Assembly: GCA_965116885.1 (NCBI GenBank)
Contig: OZ220741.1
Location: 4,544,001-4,608,000 of the forward strand
Length of the DNA: 64,000 nucleotides
From: Candidatus Latescibacterota bacterium
GTDB lineage: Bacteria > Latescibacterota > UBA2968
Reading direction: 5' to 3'
The translations under genes and the position numbers were made by a program. The notes beneath the pieces are model-generated. The model did no database searches and was not told the DNA's origin. It was given only the letters and a program-made list of their open reading frames with translations. Shown one piece after another: positions 50,050 through 59,726 of this stretch (positions are counted from its first letter, which is position 1; every line of letters begins with the position of its first letter).

Positions 50050-51096
50050 TTAAGCTAAGGTTATACCAACTGCCTGTCCTGTTTCGCAAATCTGTCGCCA
50101 GGTCTCATCATCTATATCTACGCCACGCGCTTCTTTCTCCTGCCGCATGCGCGCTTCCATCTCGCCCGGCATCAAAATTTCATCGAACCCGGGCGCGAGC
50201 CGGGCACTTTTCAAAAATTGTACAAAGGATTGCATTTCATCGCTAAAATGATCGCGTCCGATAAAAGCCCCAATATCCAGCGCCATAATAAACACCCCAT
50301 TGCCGCCAGAAAGCCCGCCCTCGCGACTGCAACCACCGCCACCGAGTGCACCAGACAAAACATCGACCACCACAGATAGCGCGTATCCCTTATGCGCAGA
50401 AATCCCGCCAAAAGGCAAAATAGCCCCTCTGGGTGGACCGTAAAATTTTGCCGGATCCGTCGTCGGATCACCCTCTGCATCAATAACCCAGCCTTCGGGC
50501 AGCGATTCCCCCAAATTGCGCTTCACCCGGATTTTTCCCTCCGCGACAACACTCGTGGTCAAATCCACAACAATCGGGAAATCGCCCCCCGTGGGAATAC
50601 CCACGGCAATGGGATTGGGCGACATGCGCGCGTCAATGCCGCCAAAAGGATGCTGAAGCAATCCCCCGCCGTGATTATTGCACATCACAATGCCAATCAT
50701 CTCGGCCTCGGCAGCGACCTCCACATATTCACCCAAACGCCCAATATGCCCGCTATTGAAAAGCTCGACCACGGCAACCGACCGCTGTTTTGCCTTCTCC
50801 ATTGCCAGTGCCATAGCCTGGTGGCAAACAGTTTGTCCAAACCCCCAACCACCATCGACAACCGCCGAAGCATCGGCCTCGCGCACAACCGCGATCTCTT
50901 GCCCGGCATGCACGCGCCCCTCCTCGAGTGCCTGAACGTATTGCACCAGGCGAATCACACCGTGGGAATCGTGCCCCATCAAATTGGACAACACCAGCGA
51001 ATGCGCAATCTGGCGCGCTTCTTCCGCGTCCAGACCCGCACCTTCAAACACCTGTGTACAGGCCCCTTTGAGCCTCTCAACATCCAAAACAGGCAT
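50050..51096 (-). CDS. Ldh_2-family oxidoreductase (malate/L-lactate/ureidoglycolate dehydrogenase)
   Basis: GHDSHG, HIGRLG, NPIA, HKGYAL, PGE.E; ATG after GGAG. Confidence 0.9.
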   Translation of the reverse strand: MPVLDVERLKGACTQVFEGAGLDAEEARQIAHSLVLSNLMGHDSHGVIRLVQYVQALEEGRVHAGQEIAVVREADASAVVDGGWGFGQTVCHQAMALAMEKAKQRSVAVVELFNSGHIGRLGEYVEVAAEAEMIGIVMCNNHGGGLLQHPFGGIDARMSPNPIAVGIPTGGDFPIVVDLTTSVVAEGKIRVKRNLGESLPEGWVIDAEGDPTTDPAKFYGPPRGAILPFGGISAHKGYALSVVVDVLSGALGGGGCSREGGLSGGNGVFIMALDIGAFIGRDHFSDEMQSFVQFLKSARLAPGFDEILMPGEMEARMRQEKEARGVDIDDETWRQICETGQAVGITLA

Positions 51097-51128
51097 ACGC
51101 TCTCCTCCCCAAATCAGAATCGGGCCAT

Positions 51129-51157
51129 AATCTACCATTAACGGGCATAATGGTCAA
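51129..51157 (-). promoter_or_regulatory. Putative sigma70 promoter of the Ldh_2 gene
   Basis: TTGACC-N17-TAGATT on the minus strand. Confidence 0.45.
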
Positions 51158-51181
51158 TAATTGAGTCTAACTTCTCACCCC

Positions 51182-51568
51182 TCAAAGCATCTTCTCTTTG
51201 CGGTGCACCAGTTGCACACAAACGCCCCAGGGATCGCGCAACATCGCCAGCGTATCGCCTGCATCTGTGGGTTCGGGTTCCTGCACAACCGTTGCACCCG
51301 CGGCTTTCAAACGCGCAAAATCAGCCTCAATATCCTCGGTAGCATAAGCAAAATGCAGTGCCAGATGGTGCATCGAAGCATAATCCGGCGTCTCTACCTC
51401 TGGCTGATGATAAAGCTCGTACATCGTCGTCCCTTCCGAATCCGCCACAAACGTCATCTTGATGGGCGGCGGTCCCTGGCGCACAACGCGCATGCCCAGA
51501 TTATCGCAATACCACTTTGCAACCACATCGGGATCATCAACCACAAAAGCAATGTGTTCAACCTTCAT
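51182..51568 (-). CDS. VOC/glyoxalase family protein
   Basis: EHIAF, WY...LG, HFA, RDPWG..VQL. Confidence 0.88.
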   Translation of the reverse strand: MKVEHIAFVVDDPDVVAKWYCDNLGMRVVRQGPPPIKMTFVADSEGTTMYELYHQPEVETPDYASMHHLALHFAYATEDIEADFARLKAAGATVVQEPEPTDAGDTLAMLRDPWGVCVQLVHRKEKML

Positions 51569-51613
51569 CTCTTTCTCCTTAATAAGAATGATGGGCAGAT
51601 AACCGGGTCTGCC

Positions 51614-52627
51614 CTAACCCGTCATACCTTCCAACTGCAATACATCGCTCAAATGACAGCGCACCGCATGCCCTGGCGCGATCTCGCGCAATTCTGGAAC
51701 TTCCTCCTTACACCGATCCTCGGCATAAGGACAGCGCGGATGAAACGCACATCCCGAAGGTGTATCCCCGGGATCCGCCACCTCGCCAGACAGCAAAACG
51801 CGCTTCTTTTTACGTTTCGGATCTGGATTGGGCACCGCCGACAAAAGTGCCTCGGTATAGGGATGCGCTGGACTTTGAAAAAGCTGATCAACCGGGGCCA
51901 ATTCCACAATCTTACCCACATACATCACAGCCACGCGATCGGAAATATGGCGCACCACACTCAAATCGTGCGCGACGAATAAATAGGTCAACCCGAACTT
52001 TTCTTGCAACTCCTGAAGCAAATTGAGCACCTGCGCCTGCACAGAAACATCCAGCGCGGAAACAGGTTCATCCGCCACAATCAACCTGGGATGTAATGCC
52101 AGTGCCCTCGCAATGCCAATGCGCTGCCGCTGCCCCCCGCTAAAAGCGTGTGGATACCGCCGCAAAAAATGGGGATTCAACCCCACCTGAGCGAGCAATT
52201 CCCGCACCCGCGTCTCTCGTTCGTGGCGATCTGCGACCCCATTGACCAGCAACGGTTCACCAATAATATCGAGCACCGTCATACGCGGATTCAAGGAGGC
52301 ATAAGGGTCTTGAAAAATCATCTGCATATCGCGGCGCAGCGACTTGAGCACATCATGAGGTGCCTGTGCAACATCGACCTCCTCGCTATCCTTGCGGAAC
52401 CACACCTCGCCAGCCGTAGGAGCTATCGCCCGCAAAATCGTGCGCCCAACCGTTGTTTTACCCGACCCACTTTCCCCTACCAGCCCCAGGCACTCCCCTT
52501 CAAACAAATCAAAACTCACGCCATCCACGGCTTTGACCTGACCGACAACCGTATTGAAAAAACCGCGCGTAATGGGAAAATGCTTTCTCAGATCGCGCAC
52601 CCGCAACAGGGCATTCTGCTCACGCAT
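51614..52627 (-). CDS. Peptide/nickel-type ABC transporter ATP-binding subunit (OppF/DppF-like)
   Basis: [36 protein letters not shown]. Confidence 0.94.
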   Translation of the reverse strand: MREQNALLRVRDLRKHFPITRGFFNTVVGQVKAVDGVSFDLFEGECLGLVGESGSGKTTVGRTILRAIAPTAGEVWFRKDSEEVDVAQAPHDVLKSLRRDMQMIFQDPYASLNPRMTVLDIIGEPLLVNGVADRHERETRVRELLAQVGLNPHFLRRYPHAFSGGQRQRIGIARALALHPRLIVADEPVSALDVSVQAQVLNLLQELQEKFGLTYLFVAHDLSVVRHISDRVAVMYVGKIVELAPVDQLFQSPAHPYTEALLSAVPNPDPKRKKKRVLLSGEVADPGDTPSGCAFHPRCPYAEDRCKEEVPELREIAPGHAVRCHLSDVLQLEGMTG

Positions 52628-53627
52628 CGCGCACATCCTCTCCATACAACACACACGCAACCCCATGCCCATCCTCAACAGCGAGCAGTTCTGGCCTATC
52701 GCCCGCATTGCACACCCCGTCCTGTGCCACTTCACATCGCGGATGAAAAGGACACCCCTGCAATTGCGTATAGGGATCGGGCACGGACCCCCTGATCGTC
52801 TGCAATCGCGTCTTTCTCGCCCGGATCATTCCCGGGATAGACTCCATCAGCGCCTGCGTATAGGGATGTTTGGGATTTTCAAAAATCTCCTCTGTCGCCG
52901 CGTGTTCCACAATGCGCCCCATATACATTACCGCAACCTCATCTGCCATCTCTGCGACCACACCCAAATCGTGTGTAATCAGCATAATCGACATCTGAAA
53001 TTCGTCTTGCAAATCGCGCATCAAATCCAGTATCTGTGCCTGAATGGTAACATCTAATGCCGTCGTGGGTTCATCGGCGATCAACAGCGCCGGACGGCAC
53101 GAAAGCGCCATGGCAATCATCACGCGCTGTCGCATCCCGCCGCTCATCTCGTGCGGATATTGTGCAAACCGCCGTTCCGCATCTGGAATCCCAACCCGAT
53201 CCAGCATATTTACGGCGAGTGACCGCGCTTCTTCACCCCGCAAATCGAGATGTAACCGAATCGCCTCAACAATTTGAAATCCCACCGTATGCACCGGACT
53301 CAGCGACGTCATCGGCTCCTGAAAAATCATCGCAATCTCATGCCCGCGAATCGCGCGAATATCCTCGCCCTCCTCATCCAAATCCGTCAAATAAATCTCG
53401 CGGTCTGGACGGTGCAAAACAATCTCCCCTTCCACAATCCGCCCGGGCGATGACACCAGGCGCAAAGCCGAAAAAGCCGTCACGCTCTTCCCACACCCAC
53501 TCTCGCCCACAATCCCCATCGTCTTCCCCCGGGGAATATCCATCGTCACGCCATCCACTGCGCGAACCGTTCCCTCATCGAGAAAAAAGTGTGTCTTCAA
53601 ATTATTTATGGTCAACACATTGTCCAA
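52620..53627 (-). CDS. Peptide/nickel-type ABC transporter ATP-binding subunit (OppD/DppD-like)
   Basis: [32 protein letters not shown]. Confidence 0.94.
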   Translation of the reverse strand: MDNVLTINNLKTHFFLDEGTVRAVDGVTMDIPRGKTMGIVGESGCGKSVTAFSALRLVSSPGRIVEGEIVLHRPDREIYLTDLDEEGEDIRAIRGHEIAMIFQEPMTSLSPVHTVGFQIVEAIRLHLDLRGEEARSLAVNMLDRVGIPDAERRFAQYPHEMSGGMRQRVMIAMALSCRPALLIADEPTTALDVTIQAQILDLMRDLQDEFQMSIMLITHDLGVVAEMADEVAVMYMGRIVEHAATEEIFENPKHPYTQALMESIPGMIRARKTRLQTIRGSVPDPYTQLQGCPFHPRCEVAQDGVCNAGDRPELLAVEDGHGVACVLYGEDVRDA

Positions 53628-53628
53628 A

Positions 53629-54381
53629 TCACACAGCCCCTTTTGCCCGCGCTATAAACGCCTTTGCACCCTCTTGCAGCCACCCCGTGCTATTCACCAG
53701 CATCATCTGCACCCCGGCAGCAGCGAATTTCCCGACATTATCCGACGAGGTCATCGTACCCGCAACACGCCCCGACGCGATGATCTTCGCAAGCGCGTCG
53801 TCAATCGTCTTTTGCACCACTTTATTTTCCAAATCGCCAATATACCCCATCGACGCCCCCAGATCTGAAGGCGCGACAAAAAATACATCGACCTGATCCA
53901 CAGTCAGGATCTCATCCAGATTCTCCACCGCGACAATGTCTTCAATCAAAATGGTGAGCAACACCTCGTCATTCGCCTTTGCAAAATAATCCGCAACCCC
54001 ATAGCCCTGACGGCTCGTGAACATACCGCGCTGACCAATGGGCGCAAACCGCCCACCTGCCACGACATTTTCCGCTTCTTCGCGCGTATTCACATGCGGC
54101 ACCACAATACCCTGCGCCCCCCTGTCCAGCGTGCGATAAATAAGTGTCTGATCGTTGCGATTCACGCGCACAATCGACGTCATGCCCCATAGATCACAGG
54201 CGCGTGTGAGATTGCCCAACTCGTCAAAAGCCATGGGGCCATGCTCCCCCTCAATCCATATCCCATCAAAACCCGCAGGACCAAATGCGTCGATATCATC
54301 CGCGTGCGTAAATCCACTGGCGACATACGCCTGTTCGCCGCGTCGCAACTTGTGTTTTACCCGATTCTGTCGAAGTTCCAT
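53629..54381 (-). CDS. HpcH/HpaI aldolase family protein
   Basis: IEGEHG, LD.GAQG...PHV, P.GQRG, IED, FVAPSDL. Confidence 0.9.
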   Translation of the reverse strand: MELRQNRVKHKLRRGEQAYVASGFTHADDIDAFGPAGFDGIWIEGEHGPMAFDELGNLTRACDLWGMTSIVRVNRNDQTLIYRTLDRGAQGIVVPHVNTREEAENVVAGGRFAPIGQRGMFTSRQGYGVADYFAKANDEVLLTILIEDIVAVENLDEILTVDQVDVFFVAPSDLGASMGYIGDLENKVVQKTIDDALAKIIASGRVAGTMTSSDNVGKFAAAGVQMMLVNSTGWLQEGAKAFIARAKGAV

Positions 54382-54393
54382 AAGTCTAATCCC

Positions 54394-55530
54394 CTAACGT
54401 GAATAAGGATCGGCGGCGTCGCGCAGACCGTCACCGACAAAATTAAATGCGAGCACAGTAATAATCACAAAAATCACAGGCGTCAAAAGCCACGGCTGAA
54501 AAGCCACAGCCTGAACATTTTGCGCCTCTTTCAACAACACCCCCCAACTCGTCACCGGAGGACGCAACCCAAGACCGAGAAAACTCAGCGACGTCTCGCC
54601 CAAAATCATACCCGGCACAGCGAGCGTCAAACTCACGATAATATGGCTCATAAACGAAGGCAGCAGATGCCGCGTCATAATCCGCCAGCGACTCGCGCCG
54701 GCAAGCAGCGCAGCAGTTGCAAAATCCTCTTCGCGCAACGACAAAATTTTTCCGCGCACCTGCCGCGCCAAACCCGTCCATCCAATAAAGGACAACACAA
54801 CCGTAATACCCATATAAATCTGCAAGGGCGACCACGACGAAGGCAGTGCCGCAGCCAGAGCCATCCACAGCGGAATAGACGGAAAAGACCTGAGAATCTC
54901 AATCCCGCGCTGAATGAGATTGTCGATCCAACCCCCGTAGTACCCGGACACCACACCGATCACCAGACCAAACACAAAACTCAATGTCACCCCCACCAGC
55001 CCTATCGTCAGCGAAATGCGCGAACCGTAAATAATCCTCGAAAGCAAATCCCGCCCGAGATGATCCGTACCCAACAAAAAAAGCGTCCCCCCATCATCAA
55101 CGCCAAAGAGATGGACATCCGTCTCAAACAAGCCCCAGAACCGATAGGGCGCACCCCGCACAAATAACCGTACGGCATAGCGCTGTGAGCGATCTTCGAT
55201 ATAGAACTTCCGAAGCGTCTCCGGATGCCGCACGCCCTTGATCCCATACACAAACGGCCAGAAATGCACGCCCTCATCCGACACAAATTGCAAACGCTGG
55301 GGCGGGGCAAACGCATAGGCAACCTGCCGATGATTGAGCGTATAAGGCGCCAAAAACTCGCAAAACACAGCCACCACATAAAGCGCGACAATAACCAGAC
55401 CTGCGGCCATTGCCAGGTGGTGCTTGCGAAACTTCCACCACATCAACTGCCACTGAGACGCGGCATAGGCCTCCGTTTCCCCGGTCTGAACATCTCGCTC
55501 GACCACCTCTTCCCGCCTGGACACAGCCAT
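54394..55530 (-). CDS. ABC transporter permease (OppC/DppC-like)
   Basis: LLGTD.LGRD, EAA-like loop, ETSLSFLGLG, GDGLRDAADP. Confidence 0.94.
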   Translation of the reverse strand: MAVSRREEVVERDVQTGETEAYAASQWQLMWWKFRKHHLAMAAGLVIVALYVVAVFCEFLAPYTLNHRQVAYAFAPPQRLQFVSDEGVHFWPFVYGIKGVRHPETLRKFYIEDRSQRYAVRLFVRGAPYRFWGLFETDVHLFGVDDGGTLFLLGTDHLGRDLLSRIIYGSRISLTIGLVGVTLSFVFGLVIGVVSGYYGGWIDNLIQRGIEILRSFPSIPLWMALAAALPSSWSPLQIYMGITVVLSFIGWTGLARQVRGKILSLREEDFATAALLAGASRWRIMTRHLLPSFMSHIIVSLTLAVPGMILGETSLSFLGLGLRPPVTSWGVLLKEAQNVQAVAFQPWLLTPVIFVIITVLAFNFVGDGLRDAADPYSR

Positions 55531-56526
55531 CTAACGCTCCCCCTCTTCGTAGCGAATGCGCGGATCGAGCCACAACAACAAAATGTCTGAAATGAGCGTA
55601 CCGACAAGCGTCAACAGGCTCAACATCATCACCATACTGCCCGCCAAATACATATCCTGATTCATAAGTGCGCGCAACAACAGCGGCCCCGTCGTCGGCA
55701 AGCCCAACACCACCGACGTAATCGTCGCCCCAGACACAATGCCCGGCAAAACCCACCCCACAGTACTGACGAGCGGATTGAGCGCAACGCGCACCGGATA
55801 TCGCATCAACAACACCCAGTAGCGCACGCCTTTGGCGCGGGCAGTCATCACGTATTGCTTCCGCAATTCATCCAGCAAATTGCCCCGCATCACCCGTATC
55901 AATCCCGCCGTACCAGAAGTCCCAATCACAATCACCGGAATCCACAAATGCCAGAGCAAATCGAGAAATTTGCCAAAAGACCACACCGCATTCTGATACT
56001 CCGGTGAAAACAGCCCTCCCGCACTCACCCCAAACACGGAATACCCGATGTACATAAAAACGAGCGCGAGCAAAAAATTGGGCGTTGCAAGCCCGATAAA
56101 GCCCAAAAATGTAAAACAATAATCCGGCAGTGAATACTGCTTCACAGCCGAATAAATCCCAACCGGAATCGCCAGTGCCCACGTCACCAACAGCGTCACA
56201 ATCGAAATAATAGACGTCAGCAAAATGCGTTCGCCAATCAACTCAGTAACGGGCCGATTCCACTCAAACGACATCCCCAAATCGCCCTGCACCATGCCGG
56301 CCAGCCACCGCCAGTATTGCACCATAAAAGGCTGATCGAGATTGTACCGCGCCCGCAGTGCCGCAGCCTGTGCCTCATCCACCGTCTCTCCCGTTTCACC
56401 CAGCGCGGCAATATACGACGTGAGATAATCCCCCGGAGGAAGCTGGATAATTGAAAACGAAATAAACGAAATAATCACCATTGTGGGAATCATCCACAAC
56501 AGGCGTTTGACGATGAGAATAAGCAT
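55531..56526 (-). CDS. ABC transporter permease (OppB/DppB-like)
   Basis: PPGD, LDQP...QY..W, TARAKG, LDPRIRY. Confidence 0.94.
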   Translation of the reverse strand: MLILIVKRLLWMIPTMVIISFISFSIIQLPPGDYLTSYIAALGETGETVDEAQAAALRARYNLDQPFMVQYWRWLAGMVQGDLGMSFEWNRPVTELIGERILLTSIISIVTLLVTWALAIPVGIYSAVKQYSLPDYCFTFLGFIGLATPNFLLALVFMYIGYSVFGVSAGGLFSPEYQNAVWSFGKFLDLLWHLWIPVIVIGTSGTAGLIRVMRGNLLDELRKQYVMTARAKGVRYWVLLMRYPVRVALNPLVSTVGWVLPGIVSGATITSVVLGLPTTGPLLLRALMNQDMYLAGSMVMMLSLLTLVGTLISDILLLWLDPRIRYEEGER

Positions 56527-56555
56527 ATAAAAATTTCCTGGGAGGTGAAAAAAAC

Positions 56556-56589
56556 TATCCGCAGATGACGCAGATGACGCAGATGAATG
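56556..56589. repeat. (CGCAGATGA)n-type short repeat
   Basis: tatccgcagatgacgcagatgacgcagatgaatg; near-inverted copy at 59688-59723. Confidence 0.8.
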
Positions 56590-56609
56590 AAGATAAAAAT
56601 ATTTTGAGT

Positions 56610-57188
56610 TCAGCCATTATGTTCCTCAGACCCTTCTTTTGCCCGTTGCAATAATTCAGACAAATTTAGAGATCCTGCCCAGTGCTTCAGGTAATCCCAA
56701 TCTAACCTGTCGCCCTGTACTTTTAAGATACCCGATACATCCCGTAATTGTCGGTCTGAAACTTCGCCACCTTTTCGATACCAGATCAATTTTTGCAGTA
56801 CAATATCCTCTGGCGTTGCCACGACCAATTGCGTGTCAGCAATGGTCTGCGGCCTTCGACGACGCATTTCTTCGCGGTCAATCGCTTCAGAACCAGGTAC
56901 AAAAACATCTACCTTAATCATAGTTTCGAGATGGATAACATTGAAGGAACTGTGCCGAGAGACAGCGCGAATAACATCTTCTTCTTCGATATAAAATGCG
57001 TTTTGGGTATTTGCAATGAGAGCTTGAATATGGTGATTCTTCAGTTCTGCAACCATGTCGATATCCTGTGTGGCGCGAGGCTCTCCGTAGATGGAACTGG
57101 CAATTGACCCGCCCACCAGATACGGAATATCCAGGTTTTCAAAAATTTCAGCCATTTGCAGGGCGACGCACAGGGGTTCAGAAATCAC
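56610..57188 (-). CDS. Nucleotidyltransferase toxin, MenT1-like
   Basis: GTG immediately after the antitoxin stop; YLVGGSIASSIYGEPRATQDID, KVD, VATPED..LQK...RQ.RD. Confidence 0.8.
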   Translation of the reverse strand: MISEPLCVALQMAEIFENLDIPYLVGGSIASSIYGEPRATQDIDMVAELKNHHIQALIANTQNAFYIEEEDVIRAVSRHSSFNVIHLETMIKVDVFVPGSEAIDREEMRRRRPQTIADTQLVVATPEDIVLQKLIWYRKGGEVSDRQLRDVSGILKVQGDRLDWDYLKHWAGSLNLSELLQRAKEGSEEHNG

Positions 57189-57189
57189 C

Positions 57190-57456
57190 TCAATAGCCCT
57201 CTTTATGTGGATCCCAGCCAAATGCTTTAATCATGGTCTGCCGGGGGAGCCGCAACGCGCCGAGGCGAAGGCGGATTTCTCGCTCATCTGCTTCGGGATA
57301 CCGGCTGCGAATGCCCGAAATTGCAAGGTCTGTACACGCCTGAGAGAGTTGGGATATTTTTTCGGCTTTTTCGTGTGGTGTCATTCGCCGATACGCTTCA
57401 ATGAGCAGGCGTTCTACCCTATGATTCGTGTCCCGCGATTGTGTTTTATAAGCCAT
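57190..57456 (-). CDS. Small putative antitoxin, MenA1-like
   Basis: 88 aa; DT...E......RRMTP.EK and GIRSRYPEADEREI; coupled to the nucleotidyltransferase. Confidence 0.75.
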   Translation of the reverse strand: MAYKTQSRDTNHRVERLLIEAYRRMTPHEKAEKISQLSQACTDLAISGIRSRYPEADEREIRLRLGALRLPRQTMIKAFGWDPHKEGY

Positions 57457-57473
57457 ACAACTCTCCAGATATT

Positions 57474-57584
57474 ACGAATCAACGAATCAACGAAGCCGCG
57501 AACAATGTAGGGGCGGTGCCCCCGTGCCCGCCCGTTGGGTGGCGGGGTGGGGTTCGTCTATTCGTCTATTCATCTATTCCTCTA
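57474..57584. repeat. Composite repeat: octamer direct repeats around a GTAG-type REP hairpin
   Basis: acgaatca-acgaatca-acgaa; gtag-gggcgg...ccgccc (57507-57533); ttcgtcta-ttcgtcta-ttcatcta-ttcctcta. Confidence 0.7.
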
Positions 57585-59670
57585 TCGCATAACACTCAAC
57601 CGCTGTATTCCCGGGCGTGCGAAATGCCCAGCCGGACATCGCGACCTCGGGCACATTGCGAAATGAATTTTTGACCAGATAAAACGAGGGCAATGCCCCC
57701 ACCGTGCCGATAACCCACAGATTCTTTCGATTCAAATCGATAATTTCTCCCATAAGCCGGATCTGTTCGGCTTCGTCAATCGTCTTCTCAATCTCCCAAA
57801 ACAGCTCAATACACCGCCGCATATCACTGGGGGGTTCTTCCCCGCGTTTTTTCTCCGTGCGATACCAGCGCGCATAATCCACCGCGTGTACAGACTCATC
57901 GCTAAATGGAACGAGCCAGCGCGGATCCAGAACAGCGATCTGCTCATCTGACCCACCCCACACGCCAACATCGTGCAACAAACCCTTTTTGCGCTCGTAA
58001 AACAACTGCCGCGCTTCTTCTTTCACTTCTGAATGCACCCCCACTGCCGTCCAATAACTCGCCACCAGTTCCAGAATGCGATTGTTCAGAGACGTCGTCT
58101 CAATATAGAGCTTAATCGGTGCCCCATCCGCCCGCAATCGCATGCCATTGCTCCCGCGATTCAGGCCCATCTCGTCGAGCAAAGCGTTTGCGCGGTCTGG
58201 ATCGTATTCGATATATGCGCGCTCGTAATCCGCATCGTAAAACGGCGACGATGGCGGCGGACAAACTTGCCGCGGCTTCCCAATCCCAAAATAATCCGCC
58301 TCGTTTAATTCAGCGCGATTCAGCGCGTGCGACAGGGCTTTTCGAAAGCGATGATCCCCGATAATCCTCTTCATTTCCGGATCGCGGTGATTCAAATTCA
58401 ACGCCAGGATATTTGACCCCGCCGATCCATTGACCCAATGCACAACCCGATAATCGCCCTTCTTTCTCCCCTCCATGAACAGCGGATAATTCTGGAACTG
58501 CAGGTGCCGCCCCTGCATGCCTATTTCCCCGTTGATCGCCTTGAGATTGATGGTCTCGGGATCAAAAATCTCAAACGTCATGCGGTCGATATACGGCAGT
58601 TGATTCCCATCGGGATCGACCTTCCAATAATAGGGATTGCGCTCCAGCACTGCCGGGCGCGCAGGCGGCGGCGCAACCACAATCCACGGCCACAAACGCG
58701 GGATATCCGGATTGCGCCAATCGCGCATATCTTCAAAAAGCTGCTTCCACAAATCAAATCCCGCGGCCTCGCTCATCGCCTCGAGCTTTTCCAAAGACGT
58801 GTACTTCGGATGAAATTGCTTCATATAATGAGCCGGATAGCGCAACATCTCATAACCGCGCCCCGACGCCATTTTCACAATAAATAACCCATTGGGTTCC
58901 AAAAACGTGAACCGCACCGTATAATCATCGACCTTCTCCAACCCCATCACCCGGCCACCCCGCTTAAAATCGCGCGGCACAACAGGCGTTATCTCCTCGT
59001 CTTGCAACACATCCTCATACCAGAAAATGAGATCATCAACCGTAAACGGATGCCCGTCTGACCACCTTACCCCTCTGCGCAAATAAAATGTAAAACTGCG
59101 TCCCCCATCGGCAATCTCCCACCGCACAGCCAGATTGGGAATCACCTCCTGCGCCATCGCATCCCATCGCACCAGACCTTCATACGCAAATCGGGCTTCG
59201 ACAATACCCACATCGCGGGGACCTGTGGCAAACCGCGTCCACGTCCCCCCATAAGGCCCATTCTGTTGCGGCGGTACAATAACAAGAGGATCTTCCGGCA
59301 AGCGTTCCGACACAGGCGGCAGATGCTCTTCTCGCACCCGCTGGGCGAGCAGAGGTGCTTCGCCGAATTGTCCACCCGACCATTCCACCACCCGATGCAC
59401 CGCCCCCGTTGCCTCGGGATGGCGATTGGGGATCTCAACATCCGCCATCACAGCCTCGAGATCCCGCGTCCCATCTGCTTGCACCACAGGCACAACACCA
59501 TCCTCTGGCGCACGCACCAGACTGCCCATCATAGCCTCAAATTCCGATGCCCGTTGTATCGCATCCGGATCGCGCGGCGAAAGGTAAAACGCGACATACC
59601 CCATCCCCTGCACCAGAAGCACAAAACTGGCAAAAACGCCTACAAGCGCGACCCACACTTTAATTCCCAT
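57574..59670 (-). CDS. ABC transporter substrate-binding protein, family 5
   Basis: LPPVSERLP..P, YGG, LRRGVRWSDG.PFT, RNPYYWKVD..GNQLPYID, FRKALS. Confidence 0.93.
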   Translation of the reverse strand: MGIKVWVALVGVFASFVLLVQGMGYVAFYLSPRDPDAIQRASEFEAMMGSLVRAPEDGVVPVVQADGTRDLEAVMADVEIPNRHPEATGAVHRVVEWSGGQFGEAPLLAQRVREEHLPPVSERLPEDPLVIVPPQQNGPYGGTWTRFATGPRDVGIVEARFAYEGLVRWDAMAQEVIPNLAVRWEIADGGRSFTFYLRRGVRWSDGHPFTVDDLIFWYEDVLQDEEITPVVPRDFKRGGRVMGLEKVDDYTVRFTFLEPNGLFIVKMASGRGYEMLRYPAHYMKQFHPKYTSLEKLEAMSEAAGFDLWKQLFEDMRDWRNPDIPRLWPWIVVAPPPARPAVLERNPYYWKVDPDGNQLPYIDRMTFEIFDPETINLKAINGEIGMQGRHLQFQNYPLFMEGRKKGDYRVVHWVNGSAGSNILALNLNHRDPEMKRIIGDHRFRKALSHALNRAELNEADYFGIGKPRQVCPPPSSPFYDADYERAYIEYDPDRANALLDEMGLNRGSNGMRLRADGAPIKLYIETTSLNNRILELVASYWTAVGVHSEVKEEARQLFYERKKGLLHDVGVWGGSDEQIAVLDPRWLVPFSDESVHAVDYARWYRTEKKRGEEPPSDMRRCIELFWEIEKTIDEAEQIRLMGEIIDLNRKNLWVIGTVGALPSFYLVKNSFRNVPEVAMSGWAFRTPGNTAVECYAIEE

Positions 59671-59687
59671 TATTGCCTCTCATCTGC

Positions 59688-59723
59688 CATTCATCTGCGT
59701 ACATCTGCGTATATCTGCGGATA
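59688..59723. repeat. (CATCTGCGTA)n-type short repeat
   Basis: cattcatctgcgtacatctgcgtatatctgcggata. Confidence 0.8.
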
Positions 59724-59726
59724 CCC

